This document shows, one piece after another, positions 1 through 13,170 of a stretch of DNA of 64,000 nucleotides (the first letter of the stretch is position 1; each line of letters opens with the position of its first letter). This DNA is from Glaucostegus cemiculus (Eukaryota), in NCBI GenBank assembly GCA_976551045.1, contig CDPCPM010000023.1, positions 8,184,001 to 8,248,000 on the forward strand, read 5' to 3'. The translations under genes were made by a program, and so were the position numbers. Under the pieces are notes generated by a model. It saw only the letters and a program-made list of their open reading frames with translations, did no database searches and had not been told where the DNA came from.

Positions 1-486
1 TGTGGAAACTTTAGAGAGGGTGCAGAGGAGATTTACCAGGATGTTACCTGGATTGGAGAGCATGTCTTATGAGGATAGGTTGTGAGCTAGGGTGTTTTCT
101 CTTTGGAAAGAAGGAGGATGAGAGGTGACTTAATAGAGGTGTACAAGATGATAAGAGGCATAGATCAAGTGGACGGCCAGAGACTTTTTCCCTGGGTGAC
201 AATGGCTAATATGAGGTGACATAATTTTAAGGTGATTGGAGGGAGATATAAGGGGGGTGTCAGGGGTAAGTTTTTTACACAGAGAGTGGTGGGTGCATGG
301 AACGCACTACCAGCAGAGGTTGTGGGAGCAGGTACATTAGGGACATCTAAGGGAATCTTAGATAGCCACATGAAACGGAGGGCTACGTGAGAGGGAAAGG
401 TTAGATAGATCTTAGAGCAGGATAAAATGTCGGCACAACATCGTGGGTCAAAGGGCCTGGACTGTGCTGTAATGTTCTATGTTCTA
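1..486 (+). mobile_element. CR1 LINE 3' end (truncated by window start)
   Basis: Degenerate ORF2 C-terminus (LERVQRRFTRMLPGLE..., FFTQRVVGAWNALP). 3' UTR ends AAGGGCCTG...GTGCTGTA with an ATGTTCT-repeat tail. Confidence 0.9.
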
Positions 487-797
487 AAATGTTGCAGATC
501 TGGTTAATTATGTACTACCTTCCACCTTACCCCCCCCCCACCCCCCAACAGATCAGGCCATTTGTCAGATCACCCCATCCCCATGAAGTCCGAGTGAAGT
601 GGCTTACATTTGATTAACTTTGTGGACTTGAATATTGTTTCAGGAAGTATTCCCAGCAATCCAGGAAGTTCTGCCGGTTTGTTTGTATTGATTTCACTTG
701 TTACACTTATATGGGGAAATCAGATTTTCCCCCTTAACCCTTCTAGTAGAAATGACGTGCATTATGGGTCAGCTATATGGACATCCAACCATCCTCT

Positions 798-928
798 AGT
801 CCTGATGCAGGGCTTTGACCCGAAGCATAGACAGTTTCTTTCCTCCCACAGATGCTGCTTGACCTGCTGGGTTCCTCCAGCAGATTGTTTGTTGCTCCAG
901 ATTCCAGCATCTGCAGTCTCTTGTGTAT
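798..928 (+). mobile_element. Penelope-like terminal-repeat fragment with degenerate hammerhead motif
   Basis: AGTC-CTGATGC-AGGG...CCC-GAAG, then GATGCTGCTTGACCTGCTGGGTTCCTCCAGC...CAGCATCTGCAGT, a block that recurs about ten times in the window. Confidence 0.7.
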
Positions 929-949
929 CCAACCTCTAGTCTTGGTTCA

Positions 950-1300
950 CTGATGGTACAGTCTCTTCCAAGCCAGAAGATCATGGACCTGAACCCAGAA
1001 TCTGGTCTGAAGCTTCAGTCCATTTCCGAGGGAGTGCTGCTCTGTCAGAAGGACATTCTTTTAAATGTGACTTCTAAATTGAGGCCCTCTTTACTCTTCC
1101 AGATAAGAAAAAAAATTCCCATAGCAACATTTGAAGAGCAGCAGGGAAGTTTCCCAGTGGCTTGCCCAATGTTTATCCTTTTGACCAGTATCACTAATAG
1201 AATCTAATTCTACTCGTTTATCACATTACTTATTTGGGAGATTTCCCAGTGTACACATTACTGCAACATTTCAATCATAAAAATGTACCAAAAATAATTC
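950..1300 (+). mobile_element. Old Deu-domain SINE relic (SacSINE1-like)
   Basis: GAGGGAGTGCTGC..TGTCAGA...GAGGCCC...TTTGAAGAGCAG..GGGAAGTT..CCC..GCCCAATGTTTATCC. Similar to relics near 31.2 kb, 56.2 kb and 60.7 kb. Confidence 0.55.
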
Positions 1301-1989
1301 ACTGAGAGAAGAAATCTAATTTTTATAGCTTAACCAGCATTCCTCTACTATCTTGTTCAAATGATTTCCTTTTGGATAACTCCTTCTGTCCTTTGAGACA
1401 TATTAACATAACACTATTCACTGCTTCAGTAAAGATATTCCAATTAATTTTTGAACATGGTTGCTGTTATGCAAGCAAATGTGACAACCAATTTACAAGC
1501 AGCAAAGTCCCCAAATACCAGCGAGGTAGATAATGAGTTGATCTGTTTTGTTCTTGTTTCCTAAGTAATGAATTTTGGTTACAATACTGAAGGAACTCCT
1601 TCTGTAATTCATCTGAAGAGGCAAAACCTTTGCCATCATCAAGAGTGATTTTTGATAGTGAGTGCATGTAAGGTACTTCATTATAGTTGCATCACAGGCA
1701 ATCCAGATCCTACCTTCTCCTGATGTCCTATTATGTGCAGTCGAGCAATGGACTGTTCCTCTATGTACGGGCATCCCGGCGCCAAGTCACTTTCCAAATC
1801 CATGGCCTGTGAAGCAGCATATAATCTGCCTTACTGCACGCCTCTGCATTTTCCCAGTGATGAGAGGGAACATCCTGCCAGAGGGAGAGGAGACAGTGAG
1901 GGATATTGGAGGAGGACAATAGAATCTTCAAGGGAGTCAGTGATGGGCTTGGAAAGCAGAAAGGGAGGGTGGTGAGTGTGTACATCAGT

Positions 1990-2180
1990 GGGCAAAGGCA
2001 GAAGGGTTGGTAGGTTAATTGGTCATTGTAAGTTACCTCTGCTGTGTATGTGAGTGGTAGAATCCGGGATGAGTTGATGGAAATGTGGGAGAATAAAATG
2101 GGGTTAATGTAAGTGGGTGCTTGATGGTCGGCACAAGGCTTGGTGAGCCGTGGATCCTGTTTCTGTGCTGTGTGACTGTG
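1990..2180 (+). mobile_element. HE1-like SINE 3' half
   Basis: GGTTGGTAGGTTAATTGGTCATTGTAAG...AATAAAATGGG...CCTGTTTCTGTGCTGT, matching the 3' halves of the SINEs at 61.7 kb and 63.7 kb. Confidence 0.7.
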
Positions 2181-4448
2181 AATGTTGAAGCTTGAGACAG
2201 GACAGGGGAGTTGGATGGGGATCTGGAACAATGGACGGGAGTAAGATAACATCCACTTTGCTGTGGCTGAGATTGGCTCACTCCACACGGGACAAAGGTA
2301 AAGCCTGGGGCCTTCTCGGTCCACCGGGATTGGCTATGAGTTGACGCACAGGGTGAGCAATCCTCATTTGAGACAATTACTCTTGACTGCCCATCTGATT
2401 ACTGTGATCATCAGGGAAATAGATGATCGCTCCCAGCCAGCTTCACACAGCAATGAGATAATTTTATTGTGTCCACCCCCCACATCGCCTTTGCCTGGAG
2501 ATTACAAGGCATATTGCAATGACTTAAGCAAGGCTCTGTCTCCTTTCTTTCCTGGGCTGTGGTCATCAAGTTTTAAATAGTGCTGTACTGCAGCAAGTTG
2601 AGAATGGTTTCATTGATTTGTATACACTCCTGCAGCGGTGTCAGCTCCCATGTTGTTAATTTCATTCCAAGGTGAGATCAGGTCATTGTAATTGAAGATG
2701 GCTTCCTGTGCCATCTTGATTTTAATGTCAGTGTAGCAACTGTGGAGATCTATCAGATTTGCATTGAATGCATTGACTAAGCAAAGGTTATCAAGTCCCA
2801 TTACTAAAAACTCCTATTGTAACTTGAATACCGTGACCTTGAGATAATTTTGACTTTGTGGGTGAATGTAAAATGAATGATTATGAGTCAGAAGCCCCTC
2901 TTGCATCTCTCCTGTGTTTTATCCCCATTAACTTCAGTCTTGAAGGTGTTAAAGTGATGGAAGAATGTATGCATTCAAGTCTTGATTATTTTTGCTGTTT
3001 ATAGCTCCACTGACATCTTGTCTAAAAGTGTTAAGTTATTAAAAAAATAAAAATTCCTTTGTAACTGCGGCAAAAATGCAAATATCTTCATTTATCAGAA
3101 ATGTTTTTTTGAAAGTCCCTGTTGATTTTTATATCTGTAAAACCTTGTAAAGGTAAGATGTATTATTTTAGACTGGGTTTCCTTTTAATAATGCTTTGTG
3201 TCCCCTTCAACCACCACACCTTATTATAAAATATAAAGTGTAACTGGGGGGAAAAGAACACTACTGTCCATCTGCACCATCCCACTCCCCCTGTTGTTTG
3301 TCCTACTCCCACCCAGCAAAAATGGATGAGAAGTATTAAGGCAAATTTCAGCAGATCTGGCTAAGCCAATGATACTATTAACTTCAGGAAACTAAAGCTT
3401 ATTTCTTGCTAAATGATGTAATTCTGTAAATGCCGTTCCACATCATATCCTTCTTCTGAAATGCAGAGCTGTTAATTTCTCTTTTACTTGTACATTAAAA
3501 GGCTGTTTAAATATTAACACCTTGCAAATTGCTTCAAGCTGGTTGCATTTTCTTTTCAATTGAGAAACCTTAGTAAAGGGTCAGAAGTCACAATGGAGGA
3601 TTCCACTGAAGATGAGATATAAAAGGCAAAAGTGATACGGTGGTGACAAGGCTATAAATTGTAGGAATGTAGGGGGGAATTCTCTAGCTCTGAGGCTGTA
3701 AGCTAATGACAGAATGTAAGATGGTGCATTGAGCTTTGAACACTGAGGACTTGGAAGCTGGAGAGTTACAAGATTAGGAGGAATGAAAAAACTTGGAAGA
3801 GATAACTGGTCAGGGAGCATAAGGTTTCGCTTTTCAGTGAAGGCTAAGTAAGCAAACCAAGAAAATGAATAAATGTCGCTTCAGATTTATGGTCATTTGA
3901 GACTTGAGACTCCCAAGCAACTTTGCCAACTGGTCTGCTTGAGATTTTTCATTTGTTCACCATGTGCACAGATGTTGGTACCATCGACTGCTGTCAGGTT
4001 GTCAATTAGGATGCCCTTAATTGTTTATTATGATTATTATCACTTAGCCCTATAAATAACCAGAACATTCTACCAATGCTTAGAGTTAAAAGTACCCAGG
4101 ACATTCAATGACTGAGGGAAATAATTGACCCATTTGTAATCAAATGGCTAATATTGTAATCATAAAGTTGATTGAAAACAACTTAAAGTGTGTGTGTTAC
4201 AGTGTTTCCACTGGAATGTTATGAATTTGTTTAAGCATTTAATCTTATAGGCTACCATTTTAATATGCTTGAATGTAAATACTCAGTGGTCAAAGCATGC
4301 AAGACTTTTGAATATGAAACTGTTTGTAATAGTAGCAGTTGTGTATACCATCATAGAAAGCTCCTTTGCAAAATAATATTTTTCAAGCAATGTTTCAATA
4401 AATAAGGAGCCAGAACCTTATTGCCAAAAGCTAAAAAATCAAGACTTT

Positions 4449-5228
4449 TACTGGGACCTCTGTTGTTTGTGATGTATATCAATGGTTTAGATGAAAATGT
4501 GGATGGGTGGATTAGTACATTTGCAGATGACACCAAGATTGGTGGAGCTGTGGACGGTGTAAAGGACTATTAAAGAAAACAGTAGGCTATAGATCAGTTA
4601 CAGATATGGGCAGAGAAATGGCAGATGGAGTTTAATCCAGGTAAGTGTGGGGTGTTGCACTTTGGGAGGTCAAATGGAAGGATAAAGTATACAGTTAATG
4701 GTAAGCCCCTAATAACATTGAGATACAGAGGGATCTTGGGCTTCATGTCCATAGTCCACTGAAAGTGGCTACTCAAGTGAATAAGGTGGTAAAGAAGGTG
4801 TATGGCATGCTTGCCTTCATTGGTAGAGGTGTTGAGTATAAAAGTAAGGAAGTCATGCGGCAGCTATGTAAAAATTCAGTCAGGCTGCACGTGCAGTTCT
4901 GGTCGTCCCTTTGTAGGAAGGATGTGGAGAGGATGCAGAAAAGGTTAACCAGGATGCTGCCTGGATTAGAGGGTATGAGGAAAGGTTGAACAAACTTGGG
5001 TTGTTCTCCCTAGAGTGTCGGAGGCTGAGGGGAGACCTGATCAAGGTTTTTTAAATTATGAGAGGCATTAATAGGGTAGATGGTCTGAATCTTTTCCCCA
5101 GGGTAGGAATGTCAAACTCCAGAGAACTTTTAAGGTTAGAGGGGGGAAGTTTAAAGGCAACACAAGGGGCAAGTTTTTTTTACACAGGGAGTGGTGGGTG
5201 CCTGGAATGGGTTATCAGGGATAGTAGT
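4449..5228 (+). mobile_element. CR1 LINE fragment (RT C-terminal region, disrupted)
   Basis: LGPLLF..YIN, FADDTK, WAEKWQMEFNP, KKVYGMLAFIGRGVEYKSKEVM, VQFWS, with stops and frameshifts. Confidence 0.9.
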
Positions 5229-5611
5229 AGATTATGCCTGATCTGCCCCAAATCCCATCCCCTCTTGTGTTCCGACTCCCCAAAGCCCTCAGTTCCCTGA
5301 TTTTTCAAACATTTTTCTTTTTAATTATCCCCAATGATCTCATCTCCACAACCCTCTGTGACGTAGAATTCCAGCAACTCGCCTCCTCCATGAGAGTCAA
5401 GTCTTATCCTGACATCTAGACATGTGCCCAAATGTCCACTCTGGGTGGTGTGCCACTGTAGGAACCCAAGCTGATTCTAATCCATGAGCATCTGTTAACA
5501 CCAATAGTTCAGCTGCATCAGTTATTGTGGCACAGACTGGGCATTGAATCTGGGCCTTTCTGGAATGTGTGGCTTCACTAATTATTGGTAAACCTGTTGA
5601 ACTGAGGTGTA

Positions 5612-6256
5612 GACGCCATGGCCAAGAAAGCACACCGGCACCGGTACTCCCTCAGAAGGTTAAGGAAATGCGGCATGTCCCCCTTGACCCTCACCAATTT
5701 TTATCGATGCACCATAGAAAACATCCTATCCGGATGCAATCACAGCTTGGTATGGCAACTGCTCTGCCCGAGACCACAAGGAATTGTAGAGTTGTGAACA
5801 CAGCTCAGTCCATTACAAAAACCCGCCTCCCCTCCATGGACTCTGTCTACATTTCCTGCTGCCTCAGGAAAGCAACCAAGATAATCAAGGTTCCCTCCCA
5901 CCCTGGACATTCTCTTTTCTCCCCCCTTCCATCAGGCAAAAGATACAAAAGCTTGGAAACGTGCACCACCAAGCTCAAGGACAGCTTCTATCCTGCTCTT
6001 ATAAGACTCTTCAATGGACTTCATGGTCTATAAAGATTGACCTCACAATCTACCTCGTCAAGGCCCTTGCACTTTATTGCCTACCTGCACTGCACTTTCT
6101 CTGCAACTGTAAAACTATGTTCTGCATCCTGTGATTGTTTTTTCCCTTTGTGCGACCTCGATGTACTTGTGTTTTGAAATGATCTGTATGGGTGGCATGG
6201 AAAGCAAAATCTTTCACTATATCTCGGTACATGCGACGATAATAAACCAATTGCCA
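5612..6256 (+). mobile_element. Rex1/Babar-like LINE 3' fragment
   Basis: PSHPGHSLFSPLPSGKRYKSL...KLKDSFYPALIRLFN. Its 3' UTR closely matches 53220-53450 and ends in AATAAACCAATT. Confidence 0.8.
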
Positions 6257-6274
6257 ACCACCAAGAAGTAACTG

Positions 6275-6935
6275 AAAGATGACTGCAGGTACTGGAAATC
6301 TGGAATAAGAAAAGAAGCTGCTGGAAATACTCAGCCAATCAGGGAGCCCCTGTGGAGGGAGAAATAGAACCAATGTTCTGGTCGATGCCCTTTTACCAAA
6401 ATTGGATACATGAGAAAACAAGTGCGTTTTAGGTTGCAGAGAAAGGGAGGAGCGTAGAGAGTGCGGGCAATGTCCATGGGTACAGACCAAGGTTGTCCAA
6501 GTAATGCAATTGCTGTCTAAGAGAGGGTGACAAATGCTTGTTAATTAAAGCTGATCTGTCTGGAGGAGATTTGAACTAAGGGGGTTGAATGTGGGCAGTG
6601 GAGAGGGAAAATTCGCTGCTGGAACTTTGAAATGCAGAACAGCAGTTGCTGGAAAGTTGAAACAAAAACAGAAAATGCTGGAAATACTTAGCAGATCAGG
6701 CAGAATCTGAGAAGAGAGAAGAACTATGTTAATATTACAGGTGAGTGATCTTGTACCAGGGCTGGCCATTTCTGACAAACATAAAAGTCTAGTTATGTGA
6801 AATAGTTTTGAATTCATTACTGAGTCCTGAGGGTTGCAATGTGCCTTGACAGAACATAAGGCACTGTTCCTCAAGCTTACAGTGGGCTTCACTGGAACAG
6901 TGCAGTTGGCCAAAGGCAGAGAGCTCAAAGTGGGC
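6275..6935 (-). mobile_element. Cluster of old Penelope-like fragments
   Basis: Two copies of the CTGCAG..GCTGGAAAT...GCTGGAAATACTCAGC block. The minus strand near 6800-6900 has a relic of the GIY-YIG C-terminus (KLEEQ..L). Confidence 0.55.
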
Positions 6936-8134
6936 AGAATAAGATCTCCTGTTCCCCAGTACTCTCCTGGTTTGGTTCCCACCCCCGGCCCCACCTGCTC
7001 GCTACTCAGGCGTACAGGGTCAAAAATCCTCAGTGCCTGTTGTTTCTGGAAGTTCCATCAGTGGAAGGGGGAAGGAGGTGTGCATTAGGGAACCTTTAAA
7101 TCGGAGACAGGAAATTAAGAAATGGCAAGCAAAAGGAAAACCAGCTCAAACACATGTGCAGGGTAAGGTATAAAGAATGGAATAAAAACACGAGCTGTGG
7201 CAGCAGTGTAGCACACTGGACAGATCCCTGTTTCAGCGGCATTGTTTTATGGATGGGCAGCAAGTGAGCCCCAAACTAGTTGTGAAGTTCATTCTGTTCC
7301 TGACTTTCATGGGAGTTGCTGGACAGGGGATTATGTCACTACCTGCTCCGGCCACACACACACACCCATGTCCCGGGAACATTCCTATTCACCCGGAAAT
7401 CACAGCATCACAGCTACAACAGCTTCTTGGAGGAGGTTACCTAAGTTTGTATGAGTAACTGAGTACATGTTGATACATGTATAAAGATGTATGTATGTAG
7501 ATGTGGGCAAATCTGAAGCTATTATAGAACTGCATAAACAGACACAAGGATGTGAAACATTCATCATGTCCAACACTGACATCTTGGAGTCCTGCCCATT
7601 CCAACAAGGAAATTGGAGCCCTGGAGCTGGACAGAGGATGGCATTGTGCTGGGGCGGCTGCTTCTAACAAGAAGAAAGCCAATTGTTCATTCATTTTATT
7701 TGTACAGACCGCTGACCCGCAGCCATGTATCGGATTGCAGTCAACAGGAGGGCTGAGCCCGTGAATTCTGCCTCCATTGATAAGTACCAAATTTCAGGAG
7801 TGGAGGTGGGGCCTCCTTACCTCTGTGGAAACTTGACATCCTGTCTGCAATGCTGCCTGGTCTCATCTGACTGGCCGGCATTCTTAGTCCTGCATTCTTT
7901 TTATTTTCGTGGTTACCTGCTCTTGCTCCCAACCTCCTGGCTGTGCTGTTTCCTCAGTGGTTCCAGCAATAACTCCTCCCCCTCTGGAACATTTCATCAG
8001 GGAGTGTGTTTGTTAAATCAGTGGGGTTTAGAGAATGTCAGCAATCTGAACTTTGATCCTGGGAGAGGGAGGCTTTACAATTGGCCACCCATCTCACTCG
8101 AGCAGCTATGGGGAAGGAGAATCTGGCTGACTCC

Positions 8135-8590
8135 ATCTCTGTATCACTCCCCTACACTGGAGAAAACAAATGCAGAGTGGGTGGCCACTTTGTGGACCAT
8201 CTGCGTTCAGTCTGCAGGAGTGACCCTGAGCCTCCAGTTGCCTGCCACTTTAATTCCCTGTCCCACTCTGACCTCTCTGCCTGTTTCTCTCTGCAATGAG
8301 GCACAACGCAAGCTTGAAGAACAACATCTCTTCTGTCTGAGCACATTTGGCCTGCAGGACTCAATATTTAATTCTGCAACTTTAAGTAATTCACTCTCCC
8401 TGTCTGTATCAGAACTGGCCATTTCTGAGATAATTTTGGCTCAAGTAACAAACTGTTGGAAGAACTCATTGGGTCAAGCAGCATCTGTGGAGGGAAAGGA
8501 ACTGTCAACGTTTCAAGTCTTGACTCACTGAGTTCCTCCAGCAGATTGTTTTTTTTAATCCAGATTCCAGCATCTGCAGTCTCTTGTGTC
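8135..8590 (+). mobile_element. Penelope-like element 3' end: GIY-YIG endonuclease relic plus inverted terminal-repeat pieces
   Basis: YTGENKCRVGGHFVDHLRSV...PVACHFNSLSHS, then in another frame CNEAQRKLEEQHL. This matches the YIGET..RL..RF.EH and EEQHLIFRL pattern. 8447-8590 holds opposed copies of the terminal block. Confidence 0.75.
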
Positions 8591-9534
8591 AACATTTTGG
8601 CTCAGTTTTTCTTTTATTTCATATAGTCTGATCTACTGGGCATGTCCCACAGCCTTACCAATAGCAACACATTACACTGACAAAGAGGGTTAATCCAATC
8701 TTAACTGCTATATGACAGCCACATTAGGTCATCTGGTCTCAATCTATCAAAGATATGACCTTTGTTCAACCCTTCCTGATTTCCCCGCCTTCTCGTTGCC
8801 TAAAACTATTTTTCTTTCCTGCTTCTGATCAAGGATCCCGGGTCTGAAAGGTTAACTGTTTGCCTTTTCTCAAATGCTGCCTGATTTGCTTAGTGTTTTG
8901 AACACTTCCTGGTTTTATTACGGGATGAACTGATCGTGGACAACCTGCCATTAAAGCCCAGTTGAGGTCATCTAGCTCATCTTGGGCTTAACTGCCCATC
9001 AACTGCCTGGTGAGCCCAGTCTCAGCCATTCAATTAGAGCATTTTATTAAGAGCTGAGGCCTTCAATTTGGCTTCTGGTTTGGTCGACTCTGTCAGGCAT
9101 GGTCCAAATAAACATAAGAGTGTAGTGACAATGATTGGTTAATAGTGCCTCCTAGATACTGGGGCTATTTTGTTTTGAGTACCAAAGTAATACCGGATGT
9201 AATATCTAGACCAGTGGTTGTTAGTTGAGGAGCTGTAAAGCAAAATACTGCAGGTGCTGGAAATTGGAAAAAGGAACAGCAAATGAAATGATCTGTCTGG
9301 ATGGCAAAGCTTTTCACCGTATCTTGGTGCATGTGATAATAATAAACCAATTTCCAGTTCCTGAATGCTCAGTAAGTCAGGCAGCAGCTGAGGTGAGAGA
9401 AACCATTAATATTTCAGATCAGTAACCCTCTAGTAGAAACATTAACCCTGTCTCTTTCTCTGACTTGTTGAGCATCCCCAGAACTTGTTATCAGTTTAGG
9501 CTTGTTCAATAGTGGCACACATTCCCAAACTGAC

Positions 9535-9878
9535 ACATAGTCATGTGACACACAAACAGGGCCATCAGCCTACCAAGTCTGTGTCGGCAATCATTTACAC
9601 TACACTGCCGTTTATACTACACTAAATCCCATTTTATTTTCCCCATGTATCCATCAGTTCCCTGCAGATTCCACCACACGATAAACAATCTACATTGGCT
9701 ACTTACCAACCCGTACGTCATTGGGATGTGGGAGGAAACAGGAGCACACTGGGGAAAATGCGCACAGTCACAGGGAGAACGTTAAAACTCCATGCAGAGA
9801 CCATCCGAGGTCAGGATTGAACCTGGGTGTCTGGTGCTATGAGACTGCAGCACTACTAAGCTGCGCCACTGTGCCTCC
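9535..9878 (-). mobile_element. HE1-like V-SINE
   Basis: Reverse complement reads GGCACAGTGGCGCAGC..TAGTAG...GGTTCAATCCTGACCTCGG, then a V-domain (GTTCTCCCTGTGACTGTG...TTCCTCCCACATCCCAA) and a CR1-type tail. Confidence 0.8.
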
Positions 9879-11419
9879 CATGTGGACTGCTGTTCCAATG
9901 GCACAGAATGCCAACATAGTCCCACGGATAAATGGCAGCCCACACTTTGTGGACTGTGCCAATCCTCATCATGGCCATTGGTACCAGGATGCTGTGAATA
10001 AGCCTTGTCTGATACTGGTTTGAACCTGAAGATCTGTATTTGGGTGTGAGGATTGGATGAAATTCCACAGTGTGATAACTATTCCATTTCCTTGGACTGA
10101 AGCATTTAAAAAAAAATGCTAAAATGCCAACCTGGAAAAACATGAGCAACCACGCCATCTTCTTGGCTTCATTGCCAATTGCACCACTTCTGTGCATGAG
10201 GACGGCTGTTCTCGGTAGGACCAGCTGGGCATTTGGCAGAGGCCGATAGGTTAAATCTTTCTATGGAATGGCAGATACTGAGTCAGGTCAGCTATTTTAT
10301 AAAATAGCTCCACAGACTGTTCAGTGGAAACAAGAATCAAGAAATATGTTCTTAATGTGTTGTTATCTGCTTTAAGCCATTGCATAATGTCAACTTCACT
10401 CCATTTGAAGGGGGACAGAAATCAAAGTAAAAGAGTTTGGAAAACTTTGTGTTAGCTGATCAATGCATCTCCTTAATGACGACAACCAGCCACTTCTGCC
10501 ACATTGAAGTCCTTGACCTGCAGGGGAGATGGAGTTTGTATTGGTTGAAATGCCCGAAGGAGGTAAGCTGTCCCTACAAACCTGAGCAGATCCGATCCTC
10601 CCTGCTGCCAGTGTCCCAGCTCACACAGTTCCATTCTTCCACCATCTCTGAACTCAATGATCTGTGTTGATTCTCCAGCGGTGCCTCAGTTGTAAAATTC
10701 TCCTTCTTGTTTTCATATCCCTCCTATAAAACCTCCCAGCCTTTGGCCAAACTTTTAATTACCTGTAAAACTATCCCCTCGTGTGGCTCAGGGACATATT
10801 TTCTACAAGGCTTCTGTGAAGCACTTTGCTTCAGTTAAAGATACTTCATAATTATAAATTGGGCTGTGTGTGGTGCCAGACACATTTACACTGAGGTTGT
10901 TCTTTGGTACCGAGAGTTCTGCAGCTTTGCTTCCAGTTACCATTTAGCACATTTCAGCACCGTTCTATAGTTACTTGATTTACGAGGTCTGCTTTCCATC
11001 TTGTGAGGCCAGAAGGAAAAATACGTTCAGGATATCCCTCCCCTCCTGTGCTCAGTTCATCGGCTCCCAGTTGAGGCCTGGTCTACTGTTCGGCTTGTTA
11101 TTCTAAGACCAGGAAAAGAGGGGAGGAGTGAATAAGCTGGGGTTCCTGCTCCCCTTTGCTGCCCAGCAACTCCAGCCAGCAGATTGTGCCTGATCACAGG
11201 ACTGGGCTTGTCTCCGATTTCACTGCCGTGGAATATCTGGGAGAATTTGTTTTGTCAGGACCAACACAGAATGAGTTAGTGGCTTAGGAAAAAAGGGAAT
11301 AAATGGGGTACATTTAAAAAAAAGCCAAAAGTTTGATTGAGAAAGCTACTACAATCAGGTACTGCCTTAAGTGTTGCTCGTAATAGAATTTGATAGAGTA
11401 CAGAAGATTTGAAGAACTA

Positions 11420-12292
11420 AGATAGGTGGATTTGTTGACAATGAAGATGGTGATCAGGATTTTAGAGGGATCTTGATCAGCTGGGTAAGTGGCCCGAGAA
11501 ATGGCAAATGAAGTATAATTTGGATAAATGTGAGGTGTTTCATTTTAGGAAGGCAAATGAGGGTAGAATTTTCACAGTGAATGATAGGGCCCTGGGGATT
11601 GTTGTAGAACAGAGGGACCTAGGAGTACAAGTACATGGTTCCCTGAAGGTAACATTGCAGGTAGATAGGGTGGTGACGGAGGCTTTTGGTATGGTGACCT
11701 TCATCAGTCAGGGTATTGACTATAGGAGTCAGGACGTCATGTTGCAACTGTACAACACATTGGTGAGGCTGCACATGGAATGTTGTGTTCAGTTTTGGTC
11801 ACCCTGCTGTAGGAAAGATGCTGTTCAGCTGGAAAGAGGGCAGTGGAGGTTTACTAAGATGTTGCCAGGACTTGAGGGACTGAATTATGGAGAGAGGTTG
11901 AGCAAATCGGGACATTTTTCATTGGAGTGTGGGAGAATGAGGAGTGATCTTATAGAGGTAAGTAAAATCATGAAGTGCATAGATAAGTTGAATGCGCACA
12001 GTCTTTTTCCCAGGGTTGGGGAGTCAAGAACTAGAGGGTGTGGGTTTAAGGTGAGAGGGGAGAGATTTTATAGGAACCTGAGGGGCAACTGTTTCACTCA
12101 GAGGGCAGTCAGTATATGGAATGAGCTGCTAGAGGAAGTGGTTGAGGCAGGTATATTAACAATATTGGACAGGTATGTGGATAGGAAAGGTTTAGAGAGA
12201 TAAGGCCAAAGATGGGTACAGGGAACTAGCTTAGATGGGAATCTTGGCATGGACCAGTTGGGTTGAAAGACCTGTTTACGTGCTCTATGACT
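11420..12292 (+). mobile_element. CR1 LINE 3' fragment
   Basis: ORF 11508-12203 is the CR1 ORF2 C-terminus (KCEVFHF, QRDLGVQVHGSLK, CVQFWSP, FTQRAVSIWNEL), followed by the 3' UTR ending CCTGTTTACGTGCTCTATGAC. Confidence 0.92.
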
Positions 12293-13069
12293 TGGACTAT
12301 ATGGCAATAGGAAGAAGAATTAACTATTTGGCCCCTCAAACCTGTTCACCATTCAGTCATACCACATCTAATCTGTACTCCTTGTGGCATTTCACCAGTG
12401 TCTATGACAGACCTCCACAATATCACCCAGCCTGACAACGTCAACACTGCTCTCTCTCACAGAGTTTTTGTTGACATCCTGGTGACGCCTTTGCTTCAGA
12501 AACCCATCGCCAAGTTTGGCGTCTTTCTTTTCATTTATTCTCAGGATCTGGCCAGCATTCTCAGCCCAGCATTTATTGTCCATATTTTTGTTGTCCTTGA
12601 ACTGAATGTTTTGCTCAGTCATTTCAGAGGCGAGTTAAGATTCTGGCACATGACTGTGTAGCTGGAGCCACATATAGGCCAGACTGGATGGGGGTGGCAG
12701 ATTACCTTCCTGAAGCATATCTGTGAATCCTATGGGTTTCTATGACAGTCCTATAGTACCACAATCATTGTTGTTGACACTTTTTTAATTCTATGTTTGC
12801 TTAGTTAACTCAAGTTATGATCCACAGCTGCCAAAATGAAGTTTAAAATCAAAATGAAGTTTATTGTCATAAACATAAGTACATGTATGCATTGTACCCA
12901 GATCATTAATACAAGCCCCTGGACTACCAGTAATATAATCATGACACCACTGAACAATTACCATCTCTAAGGCAAGCTGTTGAGAATCCATTTGGGCATC
13001 ATTTCCATGAGGCAGCTATCACTACTATGCTATTCCCTCCTATATATTGGGCTTCCCCTTTTCCTATCT

Positions 13070-13170
13070 TCTATCAATCCTAAAGGATCCTGACCCGAAA
13101 CGTTGACCACCTGCTTTTCTCCATGGATGCTACCTGGCCTGCTGAGTTCCTCCAGCATCATGGTGTTTTC
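13070..13170 (+). mobile_element. Penelope-like terminal-repeat fragment
   Basis: GACCCGAAACGTTGAC...GGATGCTACCTGGCCTGCTGAGTTCCTCCAGC. Confidence 0.65.

Noticed and set aside
7725-8531. 268-aa ORF as a host gene
   Set aside because: It is a composite of unique sequence and Penelope relics read partly out of frame, with no coherent domain.
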